From Candidatus Heimdallarchaeota archaeon (GTDB lineage: Archaea; Asgardarchaeota; Heimdallarchaeia; Heimdallarchaeales; Kariarchaeaceae): a stretch of 32,000 nt of DNA. The notes under the pieces were generated by a model. That model ran no database searches, was not told where the DNA came from, and saw nothing but the letters and a program-made list of their open reading frames with translations. The first letter of the stretch is position 1; every line of letters begins with the position of its first letter. The DNA lies in contig JASBSB010000001.1 of NCBI GenBank assembly GCA_030149205.1, positions 450,001 to 482,000 of the forward strand, read 5' to 3'. This document shows, in pieces, positions 25,181 through 32,000 of the stretch. The translations under genes were made by a program, and so were the position numbers.

Positions 25181-26488
25181 CTATTTTACCTCCTTCTGAC
25201 TGATAAATCTGCTTGATAAGAGAGTCAAAGTTATCAAGCTGATGCCTAGGACAGTTTTTATTATAAGATTCCCTTGTGACATTATTGCAGCAACAAAAAA
25301 CATATTATTGACCTCTGAAATTTTGAGCTCCCACATTAAAAACAAAGAGAAAATAACCATAAAATAGATCTTCAAATTATCTGTGGTTATCAAGTAAAGC
25401 AAGAATACAATAGAGATGATTATCCAAACCTCTAAGAGATGCAGATAAACAAATACGATCAGATATCCCCAGTTCACTTGAGAGGAATAAATTATTGATT
25501 GAAGACTGAAGAGATACATTCCAGTGACGAATCCAACAACAATTGAGCCTAGGATAATTATGCCAAGAAAGTTGAGTATGTAATATTTTTGTCTGTCCAG
25601 AGGATAGCTCCAAAAAAGTTGTAATGTTTCTGTGTTCATCCACCCATAGATTAAATCTACAGAAAGAATCACAATAATCATCACAAATTGATAAAGAAGA
25701 TTGGATTCATTGATTCCCAGGGGGAAAATTCCCTTTAAACTGAATATATCTCTTATTGAAATTATACTTTGAAAATCTAAGGTCGTGTATAAAATAAGTG
25801 TTGAGAGAAAGATTACAAAAACATTATACTTTTTCATTAAAAATAAATTTATTATTGACATAAAATTATTTGAAATCTGAGAGCTTTTATTAAAATTTTT
25901 GGTGTGAATAATTTTCTTCTTGGGACGCAAGTAAGACAATGGAATCATACTAATTAAGAAAAAGATTGCAAATACAAGTGAGAATCTATTGACCCCGTCA
26001 TTTGAAAAATTTCCATTAATCTGAACACTTAAGAAAGCCTCTACAAAGAAAATTGGGAACAGTGGATATTTTGTTGAGTTCAGGGCATCTGGTGTGTAGG
26101 TCATTGATTTATTGTAATAATACTCTAGGGTCAATAGAGTTGAGCTAGTGAAATGTTGAGAAATTTCATACGTAACATTCTTGAATTTTTTGATCTGTGT
26201 AAAATTCGATGGGTCTGAAATAGTGTAATTATTCAGTACGACATTTGAGTTCAGGACTGTCTGATCCATTCTATCCTCTGTAATCAATATCCCCATAGTG
26301 AAATTTGTTTTCAAGAAGAGTTTGAAGTGTTGGTTAGGATATATCTGATAATTTTTTATAAAATGAAATGAACTCGAGACATAATAATTCTGAGGAGCAG
26401 AATAGTGTGTGGTTGGAACGTGAACTAAACCACTAAGGGAAATAAAAAAGACCAACGTCGCAAGAAGTACGACAGAAATAAGTTTCAT
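25181..26488 (-). CDS. ABC-2-type exporter permease with an extracellular domain
   Basis: Same architecture; ETLQLFWSYPLDRQKYY motif; start overlaps the ATPase stop by 4 bp. Confidence 0.65.
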   Translation of the reverse strand: MKLISVVLLATLVFFISLSGLVHVPTTHYSAPQNYYVSSSFHFIKNYQIYPNQHFKLFLKTNFTMGILITEDRMDQTVLNSNVVLNNYTISDPSNFTQIKKFKNVTYEISQHFTSSTLLTLEYYYNKSMTYTPDALNSTKYPLFPIFFVEAFLSVQINGNFSNDGVNRFSLVFAIFFLISMIPLSYLRPKKKIIHTKNFNKSSQISNNFMSIINLFLMKKYNVFVIFLSTLILYTTLDFQSIISIRDIFSLKGIFPLGINESNLLYQFVMIIVILSVDLIYGWMNTETLQLFWSYPLDRQKYYILNFLGIIILGSIVVGFVTGMYLFSLQSIIYSSQVNWGYLIVFVYLHLLEVWIIISIVFLLYLITTDNLKIYFMVIFSLFLMWELKISEVNNMFFVAAIMSQGNLIIKTVLGISLITLTLLSSRFISQKEVK

Positions 26489-27402
26489 CTCTTCTCACCT
26501 GTTACTTCTAAAAACTTCTGCTCTAACAAGCTTCGGTAGGGTATCAATACTACCCCTTGGGGGAGTAATGCCTTAATCTTCTCAAACTCCCTCTTATCCG
26601 AAACCTTGATGACTGTCTCGTTAGTATTTGTACTTAAAACTTGAACAGAGGTATTCTGAAGAACCTCATTGAGGTTCAATGGGTTTATTCCACGTAAGGT
26701 GTATTCAAGTGAGAATTCTGATTTAAGCAGGTTCAAAATTTGATCTTGGTAGACAATTCTTCCCTCATGTAATATGGCCACAGAATCACAGAATCTCTCC
26801 AGATCATTCAAGATGTGACTCATAATGATAACCTGAATCCCAAACTGTTTAGAGATATCTTTTAGAAATTCAAAGACATGAATCCTTGATTTTACATCGA
26901 GATTTGCTGTGGGTTCATCCAAAAATATTACATCAGGAATGCCAATTATGGCCTGAGCAAGTCCAAAACGCTGTTTTAATCCTGCGGAGAGGTTATTAAC
27001 CATTTCCTCTCGTCGATCCAATAAATCAAGCTTCTCGAGAATATAATCCACTTGACCTGTTGACTCAGACTCAGAGAGTCCACGAATTGTACCAACCCAT
27101 TTGAGATAGTCAATAACACGAGCCCAAGAAGGGAATCGCGGATTTTCAAACAAGACACCTACCTGTTGTAAGACTCCCTGTTTGTTCTTCAGAACAGAAG
27201 ATCCATTAATTGTGATATCACCCTTAGTGGGAATCAACAATCCTAAACTTAGCTTGAGAAAAGTTGACTTACCTGCGCCATTAATGCCAATCAATCCAGT
27301 AAATGAGTCAGAAAGCTCAAGATTAAAATCTTTAAAAACTGGTGTCTCTTTAATATAACTATAATCTAATTTTTTAGCTAGAATCAATACCAGAAGTAAC
27401 AA
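26485..27402 (-). CDS. ABC exporter ATP-binding protein (CcmA/multidrug-type)
   Basis: GINGAGKST, LSAGLKQRFGLAQAI, FLDEPTANLD, IMSHIL. Confidence 0.93.
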   Translation of the reverse strand: MLLLVLILAKKLDYSYIKETPVFKDFNLELSDSFTGLIGINGAGKSTFLKLSLGLLIPTKGDITINGSSVLKNKQGVLQQVGVLFENPRFPSWARVIDYLKWVGTIRGLSESESTGQVDYILEKLDLLDRREEMVNNLSAGLKQRFGLAQAIIGIPDVIFLDEPTANLDVKSRIHVFEFLKDISKQFGIQVIIMSHILNDLERFCDSVAILHEGRIVYQDQILNLLKSEFSLEYTLRGINPLNLNEVLQNTSVQVLSTNTNETVIKVSDKREFEKIKALLPQGVVLIPYRSLLEQKFLEVTGEKR

Positions 27403-27888
27403 TTATTGCCTTATAAGTTTTTGCGATTATTGTCGTGTATAATACATATTTTTTTAAGCTTGTTATATAGTGGAGTAAGGGTCTTTGGATTTATTTTATT
27501 ACTGAACCATAAAAATTTGGTTTAAAAATCTTAACAATTTAAGCTCTACTTTTATTTTTTTAAAGCTTATCATTAGATTTGAAATATATTTGAAAGGTGA
27601 CAAAAATTACTTATAAATAAAAATGAAATTATAAATATAATTCACTCCAATAAAACTAAATAGGGGACAACACCTAATATCAATTTCTACTGAAAAAAAA
27701 TTACACTCTTAATTCGGTAAATAAATGGTAACTTTAGATATATTTATTATTACTAAACTTATTTTTACATACCTTATTGTTTAATTTTTTAATAATTTAA
27801 ACCTATAGATTCAAATTGTTCCATAACATCCCTATAAACAAAAATTATTTTTAATGTATTAATAGAAAAATTTTTATATAATATTACG

Positions 27889-28584
27889 TTGTATTACTTT
27901 ACTATGAGGATACATAGATCAAAATTAAAAATTTCTTTGCTTGGATTTTTAATGGTGTTTTCATTAATAACTCAAGTAAGCGGGGGTTATTACCTTTGGG
28001 TAAGAATTGGGTCAGACACAGTAAAAACAGGTATGTTTGATCCTTCACCTGCCAGAACAAACACATATGGCTATACAGAAACGCTTGTTTCTGACCCAAG
28101 TTATCTTAGGATAAAAACATGGACTAATCTTCCAGGAGAGTACTCTTGGGCTAAGTTTACATATGATACAGGAAGAAATGATGCAGGAGGGGCTGTGACT
28201 CAGGGGAATGGGCAAGCTCAAGCATTCATTTATTGGACATTAACCGGACATTTAGATTCAAATAGTGACCCAAATTCTTTTATGAAATTTACTTACAATT
28301 TATTTTATCTTTCAGGCTCTACAGTTCACATTGTAGGGACATCGGAATATAAATATACCACAGCTCATGACTATATTTCTGAGTCAGTTACTCACTCTGT
28401 TTCTTCTAGCAGCATAGTGTATTCTGGTATAAAATTATATGTACTAATTACATTTGAATTAAGTTCACATGCAGATTGGAATCAATGGAATCAACTTAGT
28501 GACTTTTATAATGGTGGAAATCATATGGCACTAAGTAGTGTTGTTTACGAACAATATCTTTACTTCAATTATAAATACATTTGA
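27889..28584 (+). CDS. Putative secreted beta-rich protein of unknown function
   Basis: Signal-peptide-like KLKISLLGFLMVFSLITQVSG; S/T/Y/G-rich mature region; exact start uncertain (TTG 27889 or ATG 27904). Confidence 0.7.
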   Translation: MYYFTMRIHRSKLKISLLGFLMVFSLITQVSGGYYLWVRIGSDTVKTGMFDPSPARTNTYGYTETLVSDPSYLRIKTWTNLPGEYSWAKFTYDTGRNDAGGAVTQGNGQAQAFIYWTLTGHLDSNSDPNSFMKFTYNLFYLSGSTVHIVGTSEYKYTTAHDYISESVTHSVSSSSIVYSGIKLYVLITFELSSHADWNQWNQLSDFYNGGNHMALSSVVYEQYLYFNYKYI

Positions 28585-28675
28585 TTTAGGTTCTCCGTCA
28601 TTTTGGAATTAACTTACTGACTTTTATAATGGAGAAAATCATATGGTACTAAGTAATGTTCTTTACAAACAATAT
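28486..28675 (+). repeat. 72-bp imperfect direct repeat (28486-28557 and 28604-28675)
   Basis: 64 of 72 positions identical by manual alignment; copy 1 is the 3' end of the CDS, copy 2 is downstream and carries an in-frame TAA. Confidence 0.9.
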
Positions 28676-28904
28676 GCATATTAGTAATAAAATCATATTA
28701 CTCATATAAAAGTTTTAGAATATATTTATTTTTTTTCAATCTATATTTGTGGATATTAAACAGTAATAGATTAAAGGATATTTCCCAGAAATAGTAAAGA
28801 GATTATATATAACAAGGATTAACGAGTTCCTCGTACTCCACAACCCTAAAGATATGTTTAGTGCGAAAAATACGCAGTGTCAGGAAAAACTTGAGAGTTC
28901 AGTT

Positions 28905-29903
28905 CTAATCAAATGAAATCAGGTCAAGGAGTTTGATGAATTTGGTTTTGGTTTCTGAGTCTGGGTATTTGTCAATCACAGTTAAGCATTGAGTTTTATA
29001 TTCAAGACATCGTTCTTTGGTCCTCCTTGTCCCTCCAGAGCGTATAAGAATATCTCGGATTAATTCTGGGTCGATTTCCTCATTTTTCAGATAAAACCGT
29101 TGTAAAATGTCTTTATCCTCTGGGTTAGCATGTTTAAAAGCTTCAACTGTGATTAATGATTGAAATCTGTTTGTTATATCACTGTCAGGTTTCTTTCCAA
29201 GGTCGTCGAAAGTCCCCTCAATAGCCAAAAAATCATCACGAAGCTGGTATGCAGTACCGAAATCCTCACCGAGTTGAGTCATTTCATTGACAACCTCCAA
29301 ATCATCTGTTGCCATTAATGCACCTGATCTAGCAGCAGATAAAAAGAGAGAACTGGTTTTTCTCTTCAAAATTTCCATCACAAATTCCTCAGAAATCATT
29401 TGATTTGATTGTAAATCTTTCGACAGAAATAACGCTGAAGAGAGCTGAGAAGCAGCTTTGCCAACAGTTCTGACAACCTCGGCATTTTTGGTTCGTGTTG
29501 CCAGATCAAATACGAACGCAGACAAATTGTAGGCAATTGACAATGCTGCGAAGGTTCCATGCTTGACGAAAAATGAAAGATCTCCTCTTCTTAGTTCATC
29601 TTTATCGAAGATATCATCTACAATCAAGGATGCATTATGTGCTATTTCAATGGAAGCAAGAATGGGAAAAAGTTTTCTAAGGGGTGCATCGTCCCCTGCA
29701 ATTAATCGGTAAGTATAGATTGAAACCAAGGGTCGAAGTTTTTTGCCCTTTCGACTAAAATATGGTGCAATCATCTTTCCAATAACAGAATCACCGTATT
29801 CTTCATCAATTATCTCATGTAAGGCTTGAATAATCTCATCTCTATCCTCATTAAATGAATCTCCCTTGGGAGTTGAGTCTTTAATTTTCTCTGATGATTG
29901 CAT
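28905..29903 (-). CDS. Trans-polyprenyl diphosphate synthase
   Basis: RKGKKLRP, FARM HNASLIVDDIFDKDELRRG, KTSSLF, SARM YQLRDDF. Confidence 0.92.
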   Translation of the reverse strand: MQSSEKIKDSTPKGDSFNEDRDEIIQALHEIIDEEYGDSVIGKMIAPYFSRKGKKLRPLVSIYTYRLIAGDDAPLRKLFPILASIEIAHNASLIVDDIFDKDELRRGDLSFFVKHGTFAALSIAYNLSAFVFDLATRTKNAEVVRTVGKAASQLSSALFLSKDLQSNQMISEEFVMEILKRKTSSLFLSAARSGALMATDDLEVVNEMTQLGEDFGTAYQLRDDFLAIEGTFDDLGKKPDSDITNRFQSLITVEAFKHANPEDKDILQRFYLKNEEIDPELIRDILIRSGGTRRTKERCLEYKTQCLTVIDKYPDSETKTKFIKLLDLISFD

Positions 29904-30004
29904 TATCCTTAGTATTTATGGGTATTTTACACATATAAAACATAGGTTAATATCATTATAAATTGAAAGAAAAGTACTTTTTCAGTATAAATTATTAAAA
30001 GATT

Positions 30005-31468
30005 TTATTGAAATAAGGTTGTAATGATTGTACTCGGTGTGAGTGCAAAAAATATGAGGGGAAAAGCTAAGGTGATCAGAGCTAAAATTGCTAATACAAC
30101 CTTTGCAGGGGTAGATGGTAACACCTCAATATCATTGGTTGGATCTCTGGTGATGATCCAAATAAATCGACCATAGTAATAGACAGAGATCGCACTTCCA
30201 ATCACTAATGCTACCGCAGTAATTAGCCCAATCGATGTGTTCGTGCTAACCACCGCAGTTACCAAAAAGAATTTTCCAACAAAACCTGCAGTCGGAGGTA
30301 TGCCAATTAAGGAGAATAAAAAGATCACGAGTGACCAACCCACAACCTTGTCTTTCTTAATAAGCCCTCTAAAGTTCTCAATATGGTCATTCCCAAAGGA
30401 GTTCATAACAATTAACACTCCAATTACGAGTCCACCCTTCATAATCACGTTGGCAATCATGTGAGTCATCGCTGCAAACAATGCAAATCCACGCAATTCA
30501 GGGGTTGTGGCCTCTGCATAAGCAACCAAGGCAACCGCGATGTACCCTGCATGCGCGATTGAAGAGTAAGCCATCAACCTCATTATTCTATTTTGAATTG
30601 AAGCAATTGCATTCCCAAACAGCATAGAAAGGATAGCAAGGGTGGCGATCATCGGCCCCCAAACCCCTACACTTCCAATCAATGCAAACATGAAAACCTG
30701 GAACGCAAATGTAAAGGCCATCTTTTTAGACCCTACTGCTAGATAATTTACAACAGTGACAGGTGCACCGGTATAAATATCACTCACCCACCAGTGAAAG
30801 GGAATTAAAGCCAGCTTAAATGCGATTCCTCCTACAAGTATGAGTATACCGAGGTTATAGAAATTTGAACCATTTGTTAAGATTAGAGCATCATAAGATA
30901 AAGAACCAGTTGCTCCATAAATTAATGAGATTCCATATATTATCAACCCAGAAGATAGAGCGCCTAGGATCACCAGTTTCATAGCAGCCTCTGTAGCCTC
31001 TCTACTTCTCTTGTAATATGCCACCATAGCATATATTGGAATTGTCATTAATTCAAATCCTACGTATAGGGGGATATAATTGGCAGAACTTGCTATTACC
31101 ACCCCTCCCATATTGGAAAGGAGAAGTAATGAACCAAATATACCAAGGTCTTTTTGTACTCTGAAATCCATAGCTGCAGAGAAAACAACAAGAAGTGAAG
31201 CGGAAAGTCCAATTATGGCAAAGATCTGATAAAAGGGATTAAACTTGAATCCAGGTACTATTGTTATCGATGTCATAGAACCTGGTGATAAAGCAACTGC
31301 CACTATTGTGAGGATGAGAGTTGAAAATACAGTGATTATGAAAAATCTCCTGTTAGTATCTGCTTTCTTAGTCACGATATCACCAAGTAAGGAGACAGTA
31401 ACTCCAATAAGTAATATAATACTTGGAGAGAAAGCTTTGAAGAGTTCGGTTATTGCAATAGCCATCAC
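30005..31468 (-). CDS. nuoN: NADH-quinone oxidoreductase (complex I-like) subunit N
   Basis: YVGFELMTIP, EAAMKLVILGALSSG, FKLALIPFHWWVSDIYTGAP, RLMAYSSIAHAGY, SLIGIPPTAGFVGKF. Confidence 0.93.
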   Translation of the reverse strand: MMAIAITELFKAFSPSIILLIGVTVSLLGDIVTKKADTNRRFFIITVFSTLILTIVAVALSPGSMTSITIVPGFKFNPFYQIFAIIGLSASLLVVFSAAMDFRVQKDLGIFGSLLLLSNMGGVVIASSANYIPLYVGFELMTIPIYAMVAYYKRSREATEAAMKLVILGALSSGLIIYGISLIYGATGSLSYDALILTNGSNFYNLGILILVGGIAFKLALIPFHWWVSDIYTGAPVTVVNYLAVGSKKMAFTFAFQVFMFALIGSVGVWGPMIATLAILSMLFGNAIASIQNRIMRLMAYSSIAHAGYIAVALVAYAEATTPELRGFALFAAMTHMIANVIMKGGLVIGVLIVMNSFGNDHIENFRGLIKKDKVVGWSLVIFLFSLIGIPPTAGFVGKFFLVTAVVSTNTSIGLITAVALVIGSAISVYYYGRFIWIITRDPTNDIEVLPSTPAKVVLAILALITLAFPLIFFALTPSTIITTLFQ

Positions 31469-31478
31469 TAAATCCTCC

Positions 31479-32000
31479 TTACGGGAAGAAGTTCAACTTA
31501 ACCCACTGATCGAAGATTTTTTGGATGATTCCAGGGAGTACACCGAAGAGCAGTGCAAGAAGTGCTAAAACAAAAACAGGTCCACTTTCCCACCATTTTG
31601 CATCTTCTGCATTCTCTAACTCTTCTGTAACAGTCCCGAAGGCTACTCTTCTAACTGCCCAGAGATAATAACTTGCAGTGACAATTATTGATAAGAGAGC
31701 GATTATAGGAATCCAAACCCAACTTGGCTGTATGAACAATTGTGAGGTAAACAGGGATGAAAATCCAAGGAATTCTGCAACGAAGCCCGCTAAACCTGGA
31801 AGACCGGCTGAAGCAAAGGTTAAAAAGACATAGAGAGCTGTAAGAAATGGTAACTTGTGACCAAGACCCCCAACAATGTCCATATTTCTTGTGTGGTTTT
31901 TGGTATGGTGTTCCACTATACCTGCAACTAAAAACAGACCTGGAGATATTAATCCATGAGCTATCATCATAAACAAGGCTGCATTCAAACCTAAACTATT
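31479..32000 (-). CDS. nuoM: NADH-quinone oxidoreductase (complex I-like) subunit M, 3' part (5' end outside window)
   Basis: MIAHGLISPGLFLVAG, FASAGLPGLAGFVAEF, TASYYLWAVRRVAFG; frame open to the window edge; directly upstream of nuoN. Confidence 0.9.
   Translation of the reverse strand, partial: NSLGLNAALFMMIAHGLISPGLFLVAGIVEHHTKNHTRNMDIVGGLGHKLPFLTALYVFLTFASAGLPGLAGFVAEFLGFSSLFTSQLFIQPSWVWIPIIALLSIIVTASYYLWAVRRVAFGTVTEELENAEDAKWWESGPVFVLALLALLFGVLPGIIQKIFDQWVKLNFFP

Noticed and set aside
28486-28675. Diversity-generating retroelement template/variable repeat pair
   Set aside because: Only 4 of the 8 mismatches have A in the downstream copy (none in the upstream copy), many adenines are invariant, and there is no reverse transcriptase in the window.
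2348-31568. Short ORFs overlapping larger genes in the ORF track (e.g. 2348..2644, 3168..3368, 5078..5374, 9145..9423, 14378..14701, 20740..21601 set, 25377..25643, 30237..30464, 31245..31568)
   Set aside because: Antisense or alternate-frame shadows of well-supported genes, with no motifs of their own.
1-32000. CRISPR array, rRNA, IS element or transposase
   Set aside because: No regularly spaced repeats, rRNA-like sequence, terminal inverted repeats or transposase motifs were seen.

Overview
Archaeal chromosomal window. Evidence for archaeal origin is bulge-helix-bulge (BHB) tRNA introns, TATA-box promoters and archaeal-type tRNAs. An Asgard/Heimdallarchaeia-like host is plausible from the protein style but is inference only. 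Left to right: a nucleoside/sugar-type ABC importer (ATPase plus BMP-family binding protein with a C-terminal anchor); a large orphan gene; a LysE exporter; three tRNAs (Leu-UAA and Ser-GGA, each with a T-loop intron at 59/60, and intron-less Ser-UGA); then an AT-rich accessory/defence region at about 7.3-18.9 kb. That region holds a decayed DUF2779-like nuclease gene, a wHTH + putative type II restriction endonuclease + m6A methyltransferase cassette, a second decayed gene, an MFS transporter, and a co-oriented three-gene cassette: Dam-family m6A methyltransferase, wHTH-DGQHR (DndB/DpdB-like) protein and GHKL ATPase. This last cassette has no visible nuclease and no dnd/dpd modification genes, and is the best candidate for an undescribed system. 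After it come an AlkD-like glycosylase, tRNA-Lys-CUU, a C-terminally anchored surface protein, two tandem inositol-3-phosphate synthases (one divergent), an NDP-sugar nucleotidyltransferase, an ABC-2 exporter, a divergently transcribed secreted protein with a 72-bp partial duplication of its 3' end, a polyprenyl diphosphate synthase, nuoN and the 3' part of nuoM. All protein calls come from motif recognition by eye; no database searches were run.
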